NCBI GenBank assembly: GCA_965365795.1
Contig: CBDUDB010000002.1
Span: 1-45,266, forward strand
Length of the DNA stretch: 45,266 bases
Reading direction: 5' to 3'
Source of the DNA: an uncultured bacterium
GTDB taxonomy: Bacteria; Krumholzibacteriota; Krumholzibacteriia; LZORAL124-64-63
Every line of letters begins with the position of its first letter. Position 1 is the stretch's first letter. Shown piece after piece: positions 1 to 9,181 of this stretch. Under the pieces are notes generated by a model. That model was not told where the DNA came from, made no database searches, and saw only the letters and a program-made list of their open reading frames with translations. The position numbers were made by a program, and so were the translations under genes.

Positions 1-1080
1 GTCAATTCAATTCGCGCCTGGGGCGGCGCCGAGGTCTGGGTCCTGGAAACCGCAGCTGCCCTTCATAAACGAGGTATCGGGGCCGATATCGTGGCCCAAC
101 CCGATTCCGAACTCTTTCGCCGCGCCAAGGAGGCTCGCATTCCTGTTGCCCCACTCGCGGTCCGCTTCGACGCCGCACCCTGGACCCTGGCCAAACTCGT
201 CCGTCATTTTCGTCGGACCGGCACGACCGCCATCTGGGCCAACCTGACCAAGGATCTCAAGGCCGCCTCGGTGGCCGGCCGTTTGGCCGGCGTCCCGATC
301 ATTCTCGCCTCCCGGGAAAGCGATTTCCCCCTCAAGAAAAAGTTCTATTACAAGTGGTATTTCAACGGCCTGGCCACGGGCCTGCTGGTCAATTCCGAAG
401 CCACCGCAAGCACGGTGAAAGCCAGCGCACCCTGGCTACACCCCGAACGAGTCCACCTTCTTTACAAAGGCATCGACACGGACCGATTTCAACCTCCAGT
501 CGCCCCGGCCGTAGGTCCGGTCGTCGGATTTGTCGGTCAGTTGATCCGGCGCAAGGGCCTCCGGGATCTCATGAAGGCCTGGAGGGCCATCGACGCCACC
601 GACCGGGTCGATAAACCCGTTTTGCGCCTGGCCGGTGAAGGGCCCCTTCGGGACGAAATCCTGACCTGGCGGGATACCCTGAAGCAGCCGAATCGGGTCG
701 AGCTGGCCGGCTTCGTCGAAGAAGTGGAAAAATTTTTCCAGGGGATGACCCTGCTGGTGATGCCGTCGTTGGCCGAAGGGTTTGGACTGGCGGCTGCTGA
801 GGCCTCCGCCTGCGGTCTGCCCGTGGTGGCCACCGATACCAGCAGCCTTCCGGAAATCGTCCAGCACCGGGTGACCGGCCTGTTGGTTCGGCCGGGCGAT
901 CCTGTTACCTTGGCCCAAGCGATGACATCCATTCTGGACGACCAAGATTTCGGCCGGCGCCTCGGCCGAGCCGGAAGGGATCGCATCATCACCCATTTTT
1001 CCCGTGACCGGACATTGCGGCGCCTGCTGGAGCTGACCGGCGGACCCTCACTGCCCCCCAAGGAAGGTCTTGGACCATGA
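1..1080 (+). CDS. Glycosyltransferase family 4 (GT-B fold, group 1); 5' end cut by window edge
   Basis: Frame 1 is open from nt 1 (VNSIRAWGGAEVWVLETAAAL... precedes the listed GTG at 91), so the gene starts upstream of the window. The C-terminal half carries the GT1/GT4 signature (GFVGQLIRRKG..., MPSLAEGFGLAAAEASACGLPVVATD, VTGLLVRPGD). Stop TGA 1078-1080 overlaps the next start (ATGA). Confidence 0.85.
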   Translation, partial: VNSIRAWGGAEVWVLETAAALHKRGIGADIVAQPDSELFRRAKEARIPVAPLAVRFDAAPWTLAKLVRHFRRTGTTAIWANLTKDLKAASVAGRLAGVPIILASRESDFPLKKKFYYKWYFNGLATGLLVNSEATASTVKASAPWLHPERVHLLYKGIDTDRFQPPVAPAVGPVVGFVGQLIRRKGLRDLMKAWRAIDATDRVDKPVLRLAGEGPLRDEILTWRDTLKQPNRVELAGFVEEVEKFFQGMTLLVMPSLAEGFGLAAAEASACGLPVVATDTSSLPEIVQHRVTGLLVRPGDPVTLAQAMTSILDDQDFGRRLGRAGRDRIITHFSRDRTLRRLLELTGGPSLPPKEGLGP

Positions 1081-1880
1081 AGGATTTGAAAGTTGCGGTC
1101 ATCCAGACCCACCCTGTTTTCGGGAAAAGGGAGGAGAACCTGTCGGCGGCCCTCGACTTCATTCCCGGTGGATGTGATCTCGCCGTCCTGCCCGAACTGT
1201 TCTGCACCGGTTACCAGTTTACCTCCAAGGCCGAGGCCCGCGGCATGGCGGAAAATCTGGCCATCGATCCCGATAAAGGGAGCGCCTGCCTGGCGCTCGG
1301 CGACTTTGCCGCAGCCTCCGGCACGACCATCGTGGCGGGTCTGGCGGAAATAGACGGTGACCGCCTGTTCAATTCCTCGGTCCTGTTCCGCCCGGACGGC
1401 AGCCGGGAGGTCTATCGCAAGGTCCATCTTTTCATGGATGAAAAATCGATCTTCACGCCCGGGGATCTGGGCTTTCCGGTTTTTGAGGCCTGCGGCACCA
1501 CCATCGGCATGATGATCTGTTTCGACTGGATCTTTCCCGAAGCCGCCCGCAGCCTGGCATTGGCCGGGGCGGAAATCATCTGCCACCCCTCCAACCTGCT
1601 GTTGCCCTGGTGCCAGGCCGCCATGGTCACCCGCTGCCAGGAGAACATGGTGTACGCTTTGACCAGCAACCGAGTAGGAACCGAAAACCGGACTGGCACC
1701 GCCTTGACCTTCAGCGGCCGCAGCCAGGTGGTATCACCCATGGGGGACAGATTGACTGGTCTGGATCCGGAAGAGACCGGAGCTGGTGTCGCCACCATTT
1801 CCCTGGTGGAAAAAGACAAGCAGTTCACACCGCGCAACGACCTGTGGGAAGACCGCCGGCCCGAGTCCTACCGAATGTAA
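1077..1880 (+). CDS. Carbon-nitrogen hydrolase (nitrilase-superfamily amidohydrolase)
   Basis: The Glu-Lys-Cys catalytic triad sits in typical contexts (AVLPELFCTGY, VYRKVHLF, GMMICFDWIFPE). ATG at 1077 is translationally coupled to the upstream gene. Confidence 0.85.
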   Translation: MKDLKVAVIQTHPVFGKREENLSAALDFIPGGCDLAVLPELFCTGYQFTSKAEARGMAENLAIDPDKGSACLALGDFAAASGTTIVAGLAEIDGDRLFNSSVLFRPDGSREVYRKVHLFMDEKSIFTPGDLGFPVFEACGTTIGMMICFDWIFPEAARSLALAGAEIICHPSNLLLPWCQAAMVTRCQENMVYALTSNRVGTENRTGTALTFSGRSQVVSPMGDRLTGLDPEETGAGVATISLVEKDKQFTPRNDLWEDRRPESYRM

Positions 1881-1904
1881 CTGAGGGGATTAACCGGGGA
1901 TTGG

Positions 1905-3152
1905 TCAGGCGTGTTCGGAGAGGTCCATACCTTTGGGCACCACCACGATGCCCTCGGCCGAAACGTTGAACAGGATGCGGTCCCTTTCCAGATCGAAACC
2001 GATCTCCATGCCTTCGGGAACCACCACGTTCTTGTCGATGATGCAGCGCTGGACCTTGGCGTAACGGCCGATTTCCACATCTTCCATCAGGATGCTGTCC
2101 GTCACCTTGCTGAAGGAATTGACCCGCACCCCACGCCCCAGAAGTGACCGTTCCACATGCCCGCCGGAAATGACCGCTCCGCCCCCGACGATGCTGTCCT
2201 CCACGATCCCCGGCAACGTGCCGTCCTCGGTGAAACCGTGAACCGACTTGCACGGAGGCACCGGCGGCTGCCAGGCCCGGAACAGCCAGGAAGTGTCGTA
2301 CAGGTCGAACTCGGGCCGCCGGCTGACCAGGTCCATGTTGGCTGAGTAGAAGCTGTCCAACGTGCCGATGTCGCGCCAGTACAGGGGCTCGCACGTTTCC
2401 TCGTCGCGGAAGGGATAGGCAAAAACTTCCCCGCGCTCAACCAGGCTGGGAATTATGTCCCTGCCGAAATCGTGCCGCGAGTCGGCTTGCTTGACGTCAT
2501 GGGAAAGTTCCCGCACCAGGTTTTCGGTGTCGAAGATATAGACGCCCATGTTGACCAGGCAGTGCTCCGGATCCCCGGGAATCGTCTTGGGTTCGGAAGG
2601 TTTTTCCTCGAAACCCACCACCTTCCAGTTCTTGTCCACCTCCAGGATCCCGAACTGGTCGGCCCCGGCGCGGGGCACAACGGCGGCACTCAGAGTCAGG
2701 CAGCCCCCATTGGCGGCGTGACACCGGAGCAGTTCTCCGTAGTCCATGCGATAGATATGGTCGCCGGACAGGATCAGAACGTGGGCGGGCTTCCGAAGCT
2801 CCAGCAGGTAGATGTTCTGATACACGGCGTCGGCCGTTCCCTGATACCACTTCTGCCCCACCCGGTGCTGGGGTGGAATGCGGTATAGAAACTCGCCGCC
2901 TTCATAACTGAAGATGTTCCAGCCCCGCTGCAGATGCTTGTCCAGGGAATAGGATTTGTACTGGGTCAGGACGTAGATCTGCCGCAGGCCGCTGTTGATG
3001 CAGTTGGAAAGGGTGAAATCGATGATGCGGTAGGCGCTGCCGAAGGGCACGGCGGGTTTGGAGCGGTCCCTGGTCAGGGGGTAGAGCCGGTGGCCCTGGC
3101 CACCGGCCAGAACCAAGGTCAAGGTATCGCGGACCAGTTGCCGGACACTCAA
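1905..3152 (-). CDS. glgC: Glucose-1-phosphate adenylyltransferase
   Basis: N-terminal LAGGQGHRLYPLTRDRSKPAVPFG..YRIIDFTLSNCINSG signature, and a C-terminal hexapeptide-repeat (beta-helix) region. The start codon at 3152 is TTG. Confidence 0.92.
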   Translation of the reverse strand: MSVRQLVRDTLTLVLAGGQGHRLYPLTRDRSKPAVPFGSAYRIIDFTLSNCINSGLRQIYVLTQYKSYSLDKHLQRGWNIFSYEGGEFLYRIPPQHRVGQKWYQGTADAVYQNIYLLELRKPAHVLILSGDHIYRMDYGELLRCHAANGGCLTLSAAVVPRAGADQFGILEVDKNWKVVGFEEKPSEPKTIPGDPEHCLVNMGVYIFDTENLVRELSHDVKQADSRHDFGRDIIPSLVERGEVFAYPFRDEETCEPLYWRDIGTLDSFYSANMDLVSRRPEFDLYDTSWLFRAWQPPVPPCKSVHGFTEDGTLPGIVEDSIVGGGAVISGGHVERSLLGRGVRVNSFSKVTDSILMEDVEIGRYAKVQRCIIDKNVVVPEGMEIGFDLERDRILFNVSAEGIVVVPKGMDLSEHA

Positions 3153-3222
3153 AATCGCACTCCACCGGGCCAGAACTCCTGGACCGGCACTCCGCCTGAA
3201 GGCGGCATTGCTGGGAAATAGG

Positions 3223-3594
3223 TCAGTTTCTGGCGGTCGTCCTGGCGTCCACCAGATCCCGCACCGTGTCCAGTAGCACGGTAACGTCCGACGACTTCGT
3301 CACGTAGGCATCTGCGGCCCAGGTCAGATAGTTGTCCTTGTAACTGGAGTAGGCCGTGTTCAAAACGACCGGAACCGTGTTATCCCGTTCCAGAATGCGC
3401 TGCAGGGCCTCGATGCCGTCCATGCCCGCCATCCTGATGTCCAGGATGACCAGATCCGGCTTCATGGTCTCCACGAATTCAAGACCCTGGGCCGCATTAC
3501 AGGCGGTCATCGTCTCGAACCCTGCGCGACGCAGTTCCGTTTCATACAGAAGTCTGAGATGGGGTTCGTCATCGACAATCAATACTTTACTCAC
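3223..3594 (-). CDS. Single-domain response regulator (REC only, CheY-like)
   Basis: LIVDDEP..., DLVILDIRMAGMDG, VVLNTAY and the conserved-Lys region are present, with no output domain. I trimmed the start to the in-frame GTG at 3594, preceded by AGGAGG at a 6-nt spacing. The longer listed ORF (to 3807) has a non-protein-like N-terminus. Confidence 0.85.
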   Translation of the reverse strand: MSKVLIVDDEPHLRLLYETELRRAGFETMTACNAAQGLEFVETMKPDLVILDIRMAGMDGIEALQRILERDNTVPVVLNTAYSSYKDNYLTWAADAYVTKSSDVTVLLDTVRDLVDARTTARN

Positions 3595-3694
3595 AACCGG
3601 CCTCCTTTGCCCGCCTCCAGATGTGTGGGCATCTGGAAATCCCGTCCCTGGAATTATCTTAGTCCTTTCACCAGCAAGCCGCCACCCGACCATA

Positions 3695-5485
3695 CTAAGC
3701 GTCCGGCGAATTTCTGGGAAGCGGTAATATAAAAGAAAATACCGCCCCGCCCTGAGGTTGGTTGGCCGCCTCGATGACCCCCCCGTGGGACTTGATAATC
3801 TGGGCACAGATGGTCAGGCCCAGGCCAGAACCCGTCGTTTTCGTCGAGAAAAACGGCGAAAAAAGCTGCCCCGAATCTTCCTTTGCAAAACCCGGGCCGT
3901 CATCCCTGACCTCCACCTTGACTCCTCCCTCCACCAGGCGGGAAACCACCTGGATCCGGCCTCCGTCGGGCTGGGCCTGCATGGCGTTGACCAGGAAATT
4001 CTGAATGATCTGCTGGATCTCCCCCGGATGCAGGTCCAGGGCCAGACCATCGGACTTCAGATCCATCTCCAGCCGGATACCCTTGCCCGCCAGTTCGGCC
4101 TGGAATCGGTCGGCCGATTCGGCCACGATCCGGTCCACCACCACTTCCTTGCGGAGTTGTTTCTTGGGTCGAATGAAATCCAGCAGGTCATGAATGATGG
4201 TCTCCATGCGGGCCACCTCGCTGGAAATGATGTCCGCGAATTGCCGGTTGGGATCCTCTTCCTGCAAATTGCGCATGAGGGTGCGTGCAAATCCCCCGAT
4301 GGCAACCAGCGGATTACGTAATTCGTGGGCCACGATGGCGGAGGTTTCGCCCATGACGCTCAGGCGCTCCATGCGCATCAGCGTTTGCTGATCGTCCTTC
4401 TGTTTCTGGTGGGCCTTGTGCAGGTCGATCAGCCGTTGCTGCAACTCGTGGTAAAGCCGGCTGTTTTCGATGGCGCCGGCGCTCTGGTTGGCGAACATCT
4501 GCAGAAATTCCAGGTCCAGATCGGTGACCTCGGCCCCGCTGATGGCATTGTCGGCCACGATGACCCCGATGTAGCCCGCGCGGGTGGCCATGGGTGCCAC
4601 GGCGAACTGGGGGCAGCCGAGCCAGGCGCGCACCGACTCCACTCCCGGCATGACCGTTTCCTCGGTGACCCGCAGGACCTGACGGTCATCCATCACCCGA
4701 ATCAGGAGGTGTTCGGTGTCCGCCAACGGAACAATCATCCGCTCCACGATTTCATTGACGGCCACATCGGTCTGCTTGATGGACTGGTCGTAACTGGTCA
4801 TCATCTCGAAAAGGTCGCTGGGCTGATCGGCTAGATCCTGCCAGATCCGCGAGGCCTCGTCGGCGTTGCTCGGCCCGATGGCAATCACACCCTTGAGGAC
4901 CTCCTTGGCCTCATCGACCAGCAGCAGAAAGGCCCGGTTGAACCGCAGCCCCTGGCCCGCGGTCATGCAGATGAGTACAGCTTCGAGGATCTGGTCGAGG
5001 GAAAGATGGGCTCCGTAGAGAGCTTCACTCACCTGGTTCAGCAAGGAGAGTTTGGCCAGACGGGCGGCCCGCAATTCATCTTCATGGGTCCGCTTGCGGA
5101 TATCCGCCAGAAGCAGGAGGCAATGGTTGGGTTCCTGGGTTTCCTCGCCGGTTTCGTCCTCAACGTAGTGCGCCACGAAGGGGGAGCATTGGACCTCGAC
5201 CGGGATCACCAGCCCACTTGTGTGCCGCACCTGAAGCTGACGCAGCATACTGGACCGACAACGCTGTTCGGATTTGCACAGGCTGACGCTCGACGGCGGG
5301 ACAAACCAGTTCTCCAGCGCCTCGCCCACCAGTTCGATGCAATCCTTGCCCAGCAGAATTCCCGCGCCCTTGCTGGCCACCGCGATATCTCCGCCGGGAT
5401 TGACCACCAGCATGGGTGATTCGGCGGCTTCGAAACCCGCCGAAGCGAGATCCGCCCGGCGCCGGAGGAATCCTCGGTGATCCAC
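3695..5485 (-). CDS. Soluble sensor histidine kinase (PAS - GAF - HisKA - HATPase_c)
   Basis: H-box IVAHELRNPL. N/G boxes QNFLVNAMQA, DDGPGF, GSGLGL. A GAF-like central region. No hydrophobic TM segment. GTG start at 5485 is preceded by AGGAG. Confidence 0.85.
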   Translation of the reverse strand: MDHRGFLRRRADLASAGFEAAESPMLVVNPGGDIAVASKGAGILLGKDCIELVGEALENWFVPPSSVSLCKSEQRCRSSMLRQLQVRHTSGLVIPVEVQCSPFVAHYVEDETGEETQEPNHCLLLLADIRKRTHEDELRAARLAKLSLLNQVSEALYGAHLSLDQILEAVLICMTAGQGLRFNRAFLLLVDEAKEVLKGVIAIGPSNADEASRIWQDLADQPSDLFEMMTSYDQSIKQTDVAVNEIVERMIVPLADTEHLLIRVMDDRQVLRVTEETVMPGVESVRAWLGCPQFAVAPMATRAGYIGVIVADNAISGAEVTDLDLEFLQMFANQSAGAIENSRLYHELQQRLIDLHKAHQKQKDDQQTLMRMERLSVMGETSAIVAHELRNPLVAIGGFARTLMRNLQEEDPNRQFADIISSEVARMETIIHDLLDFIRPKKQLRKEVVVDRIVAESADRFQAELAGKGIRLEMDLKSDGLALDLHPGEIQQIIQNFLVNAMQAQPDGGRIQVVSRLVEGGVKVEVRDDGPGFAKEDSGQLFSPFFSTKTTGSGLGLTICAQIIKSHGGVIEAANQPQGGAVFSFILPLPRNSPDA

Positions 5486-5512
5486 TTCACACTCCTATCA
5501 AGATGGCCTCGT

Positions 5513-6982
5513 TCAAACCGGGCCTGCACGGCGCACCGCACGGTAAAGTTTTTCGTACTTGGCCGCCGACCTGGACCAGCCGAAATCGCATTTCATCCCC
5601 CGCGCCTGCAGACGGCGCCAGGCCGGCTGGTTTTCCCACAGGGTTTCGGCCCGGCGCAGGGCGGCCATGAGATCCTCGCTGGTGGCCTCATCAAAGACGA
5701 CCCCGTTGCCGTTGCGGCGCACGGCGTCGATGACGGTGTCGGCCAGGCCGCCGGTCTTCCTGACCACCGGCAAGGTACCGTAGCGCAGGGCATAAATCTG
5801 GGACAGGCCACAGGGCTCGAACACACTGGGCATGAGGAACAGATCGCTGCCGGCGTAGATGCGATGGGCCAGGGATTCGTCGAAGGCCCCGATAAAAGCC
5901 ACCTTGTCCGGGTGCCGGGTCGCAGCCTTGGCGGCCGCCGCTTCCAGCGTCTTGTCCCCGGTGCCCAGCAACGCGAAGGTGAAACCGTCTTCAGCCAAAC
6001 GGCCCAGCAAAGGCAGGACCAGGTCCAGCCCTTTCTGGGGAACCAACCGGCCCACGAACCCGCACAACGGTTTGCCGTCTTCCGGCTTCAGACCCAGCTC
6101 TTTCATGAGTTCTGACCGACAGGTCTGTTTGCCCGACAGGTCGGCAGGGCCGAAGGACGCCGGCAAGGCCGGATCCTTCAAAGGATCCCAGGTGGTGTAA
6201 TCGGTCCCGTTCAGGATGCCCGAATAGGAATCGCCCCGACCACCCAGAATCCCTTCCAGCCCACAGCCAAAGACCGGATCCTCGGTGGTTTCGACGGCAT
6301 AGGTCGGGCTGACCGTGTTAACCCTGTCCGCGGCCAGGATTCCCGCTTTCAGGAGATTGATGTGGCCGTGGAACTCCAGCAGCCCCGGATAGGAAGCCAT
6401 GGAGCGCGGCAATCCCAGCGTGTCGATTCCCTCAACCGGATGCACGTCCTGATGGGCCAGGTTGTGGATGGTCAGCAGACTTCCGGCCGGTCCAGGCACG
6501 CCGCGGCCGGCATACCAATGGCGCCGGTACAGAAGGGCCGGCGCCGCCTCGGCGTCGTGGGCATGGATCACGTCCACGGGCCAATCCAGCAGACGGGGTA
6601 ACATCAGCGCGGCCTGTCCGTGCATCGCCGCCCGAGCCAGGGAGTCGGAAAAAACTTCTCCCTGATCGTCGACATAGATACCTTCCCGCCCGAACAGCGA
6701 GGGGCACTCGACCAGGTAGATTTTCACCTTGGCCCTGGGTGATCCCAGCATATGGAAACGAACGTCGTGCATTTCCTGCCCCACGCGCATCACCAATGGC
6801 GGCAGTTTTTTCACCGGGCTGATTTTTTCCACCTTGCGGTTCAGATGACCGTACAAGGGCATCACCACCCGGACATCGTGTTTGCGGGCAGCCATGGCCC
6901 CGGCCAAAGAGGTGACCACGTCAGCCAGCCCTCCGACCTTGGCGAAAGGCGCCATCTCCGCGCTGATCATCAGGATGTTCAC
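5513..6982 (-). CDS. glgA: Glycogen synthase (ADP-glucose type, GT5)
   Basis: N-terminal ILMISAEMAPFAKVGGLADVV signature and C-terminal LMPSVFEPCGLSQIYALRYGTLPVV. I prefer GTG at 6982 (GGGAGGGA just upstream, 1 nt after the galT stop) over the listed ATG at 7018. Confidence 0.9.
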   Translation of the reverse strand: MNILMISAEMAPFAKVGGLADVVTSLAGAMAARKHDVRVVMPLYGHLNRKVEKISPVKKLPPLVMRVGQEMHDVRFHMLGSPRAKVKIYLVECPSLFGREGIYVDDQGEVFSDSLARAAMHGQAALMLPRLLDWPVDVIHAHDAEAAPALLYRRHWYAGRGVPGPAGSLLTIHNLAHQDVHPVEGIDTLGLPRSMASYPGLLEFHGHINLLKAGILAADRVNTVSPTYAVETTEDPVFGCGLEGILGGRGDSYSGILNGTDYTTWDPLKDPALPASFGPADLSGKQTCRSELMKELGLKPEDGKPLCGFVGRLVPQKGLDLVLPLLGRLAEDGFTFALLGTGDKTLEAAAAKAATRHPDKVAFIGAFDESLAHRIYAGSDLFLMPSVFEPCGLSQIYALRYGTLPVVRKTGGLADTVIDAVRRNGNGVVFDEATSEDLMAALRRAETLWENQPAWRRLQARGMKCDFGWSRSAAKYEKLYRAVRRAGPV

Positions 6983-6983
6983 T

Positions 6984-8057
6984 TCAGGATCCCTCCCCGC
7001 GCAACCGCTGCGCCGCATCTTCGGGTATCACCGAATTGATGGTGAATCCCGTTCCCACCTCGAGGCCGGCCGGCCGGCTCAGCCGGGGCATGATTTCCAG
7101 GTGCCAATGAAAACTATCGCGAACCGAGTATGCCAGATCATCCAGCCTTTCGTCACCGTACAACTCGCCGCTAACCGGAGCCAAGGGCGCACTGTGGATG
7201 ACCAGGTTCAAGGAGGGATCGCCGTGAATAGCGTTCAACCGACGCAGGGAAAAGGCCAGCACCGGGGCCAGGGCGGCCAGATCCTCATCGTCAGCCTGGA
7301 CCAAATCGGCCTGGTGCCTGGTCGGAACCAGGAGCATCTCCCAGGGAAAGCGGCTGGCCCAGGGAGTCAGGCACAACCAACGATCGTTGCCGCGAACCAC
7401 CCTGCCGCCGGATTTTTTTTCGGCCGCCGCCAGGTCGCATAAAAGACATCGGCCGGTGCGGTCGCGGTATTGGGCGAACCGGACCGCTTTGTCCACCACA
7501 ATCGGCGGCAGTTCGGGCGTGCCGATGATCTGCATGTGAGGATGAGCCAGGGTGGCCCCCGCCTCGGGGCCGTGATTGCAGAAGGGCGAAACATACCTGT
7601 GCCCCGGCCGCCGGGAAAAAACTTCCGCCCGGTCCCGCAATACCTGGAGCAGTTCGAGCAACCGCGATTCATCGAGGGAAGCCAGACCATCGGCATGGTT
7701 TGGTGAATAGACGATTACCTCGTGGGATCCGACTCCAGGCCTTTCGGGAAAAAGGCCCGTGGATGTCCCGGAGGGCCGGACCTCGAGAGTGGACGCATCG
7801 ACTTCCGGCCGCAGGGCGGGATACATGTTGGGAAAAACCCTCAAACGCCACCCGGGCCCGTTGGGAGCTGCACCAGATTCCCGGCCGAGGGCCAGGATTT
7901 CCCCGGTGGTGCTGGATTCGTGGCCGGGACAGAAGGGACAGTGCGCCCCCGGGGCCAGGTCCCTCTGCATGAGGCGAAATTCATTGGGGCGGCCGCTGCG
8001 GCCGGCTGCCATGATCACCCAGCGACCCGTCAATGGATCCTGACGAAGCGTCGACAT
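6984..8057 (-). CDS. galT: Galactose-1-phosphate uridylyltransferase-family (HIT superfamily) nucleotidyltransferase
   Basis: Zinc knuckle CPFCPGHE and the active-site HPHMQI (HxHxQ) motif. Tandem half-barrel organisation. First gene of the glycogen operon. The true substrate could be ADP-glucose rather than UDP-hexose. Confidence 0.8.
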   Translation of the reverse strand: MSTLRQDPLTGRWVIMAAGRSGRPNEFRLMQRDLAPGAHCPFCPGHESSTTGEILALGRESGAAPNGPGWRLRVFPNMYPALRPEVDASTLEVRPSGTSTGLFPERPGVGSHEVIVYSPNHADGLASLDESRLLELLQVLRDRAEVFSRRPGHRYVSPFCNHGPEAGATLAHPHMQIIGTPELPPIVVDKAVRFAQYRDRTGRCLLCDLAAAEKKSGGRVVRGNDRWLCLTPWASRFPWEMLLVPTRHQADLVQADDEDLAALAPVLAFSLRRLNAIHGDPSLNLVIHSAPLAPVSGELYGDERLDDLAYSVRDSFHWHLEIMPRLSRPAGLEVGTGFTINSVIPEDAAQRLRGEGS

Positions 8058-8074
8058 TTATGTGGGGCCCTTCC

Positions 8075-8096
8075 AAAAAAAACCGAGTTCACTCGG
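8075..8096 (-). terminator. Short hairpin plus U8 tract on the minus strand, 18 nt upstream of the galT ATG
   Basis: The minus strand reads CCGAG-UGAA-CUCGG followed by UUUUUUUU. The stem is only 5 bp. Confidence 0.35.
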
Positions 8097-8217
8097 AACT
8101 TATTCCTTCCCTGATGCGTAGAATACATTGTGACGGAGATAATACCAACCGCTTCCCCCCAATTCAGCGGCACCTCCTCCGGTCACGGCGAACATTGACG
8201 AGGCGAGACGAGAAAGG

Positions 8218-8254
8218 GAACGGACCCCAGGGCGAAGGGTCCGTTCTTTTTTTT
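8218..8254 (+). terminator. Strong hairpin with T8 tract in plus orientation (possibly a bidirectional terminator for the deacetylase operon)
   Basis: GAACGGACCC-(9 nt loop)-GGGTCCGTTC followed by TTTTTTTT on the plus strand. On the minus strand the same stem is preceded by A8 and followed by CCTTTCTCGTCTCG. Confidence 0.5.
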
Positions 8255-8284
8255 GTCCGGGACTCGATGGTGGTTTAAGATGGT

Positions 8285-9178
8285 TTATGTGGCCCCAAGG
8301 GCCAATCGCGGCAGACCGCCCCCCTCTTCCAAACGGTCCACATACTGACTCAAGGTCTCGAAATCCCCCATTTCCAGGATCTTGGCCAACTTCTTGGGCA
8401 TCGTGGCCTGCCCCCCCTGGCTGCGCCAGCTGGTCATCGCCGATTGCCCCGCCTGGGGCCGGAAATCATCCATTTCCCAGGGGTGGGTGTAAACCAGGCA
8501 GCCGACTCCCTGGCGCCGCGCACTGGCGCGAAGGGCCTTAAAAACCGTCCAGGGCATCAGTCGCAGATACCCCCCTCCGGAGAACGGCACATTGACCCCG
8601 AGAAACCGCCAGGTCGGCATGGGCACGACCGTAAAGGGCGGGCCGTCGCCTTCCAGCCTGAAGGGACGGCGGGGCGAATCCGGCTGGCCATAGCGGGGAT
8701 GGTGGATGGGGAAGATGGAACAATCGTAACGGAACCCGCAGTCACGCAGGATATCCAGATACCCGTGCACCGACGGGGTGATGCTGAAACTCGGCGCCCG
8801 GTAACCGGCGGGCGAGGTCACGCCGGCGGTGGCCAGCGCTTCGAGGGCCCGGTCGCAGTCGGCGCGGAACTGGTCGGGCGTCAGTTTGAAGATCTCCGGG
8901 TGGGCGTAGCTGTGACAGCCCACCTCGTGGCCGTGGCGCACGATCTCGCGCACCACATCGGGATGCCGCTCGGCCGTCCACCCCAGAACAAAAAAAGTTC
9001 CTTTCACACCGTGTGCATCCAGCAGATCCAGACACCGGGCCATGCCCTTTTCGACCCGCTGCTCCTGGTCGTCCCAGACCTCGGGCGGAACCCGATCGAG
9101 ATAGTTGTGTCCGTGGAACCACTCCTCCACATCCACGGTGATGATGTCACGGGGCACGGCGGAAACAGTTGGGACCAT
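8285..9178 (-). CDS. Polysaccharide deacetylase family protein (NodB fold with DUF3473-like C-terminal extension, as in exopolysaccharide / PEP-CTERM-type loci)
   Basis: ITVDVEEWFH, GTFFVLGW..ERHPD and GHEVGCHSYAHP motifs (the Asp and His metal-binding set of NodB deacetylases). Confidence 0.82.
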   Translation of the reverse strand: MVPTVSAVPRDIITVDVEEWFHGHNYLDRVPPEVWDDQEQRVEKGMARCLDLLDAHGVKGTFFVLGWTAERHPDVVREIVRHGHEVGCHSYAHPEIFKLTPDQFRADCDRALEALATAGVTSPAGYRAPSFSITPSVHGYLDILRDCGFRYDCSIFPIHHPRYGQPDSPRRPFRLEGDGPPFTVVPMPTWRFLGVNVPFSGGGYLRLMPWTVFKALRASARRQGVGCLVYTHPWEMDDFRPQAGQSAMTSWRSQGGQATMPKKLAKILEMGDFETLSQYVDRLEEGGGLPRLALGAT

Positions 9179-9181
9179 CGA

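Noticed and set aside
537-1586. 349-aa ORF antisense to the glycosyltransferase and C-N hydrolase genes
   Set aside because: Low-complexity Arg/Gly/Pro-rich translation with no motif. It lies opposite two genes with clear family signatures, a typical shadow ORF in GC-rich DNA.
8100-8195. 31-codon minus-strand ORF (MFAVTGGGAAELGGSGWYYLRHNVFYASGKE) followed by a hairpin and U8 just before galT, resembling a leader-peptide attenuator
   Set aside because: It has no Shine-Dalgarno sequence and no run of regulatory codons, and I cannot identify an alternative anti-terminator pairing by eye. It is kept only as a remark in the spacer finding.
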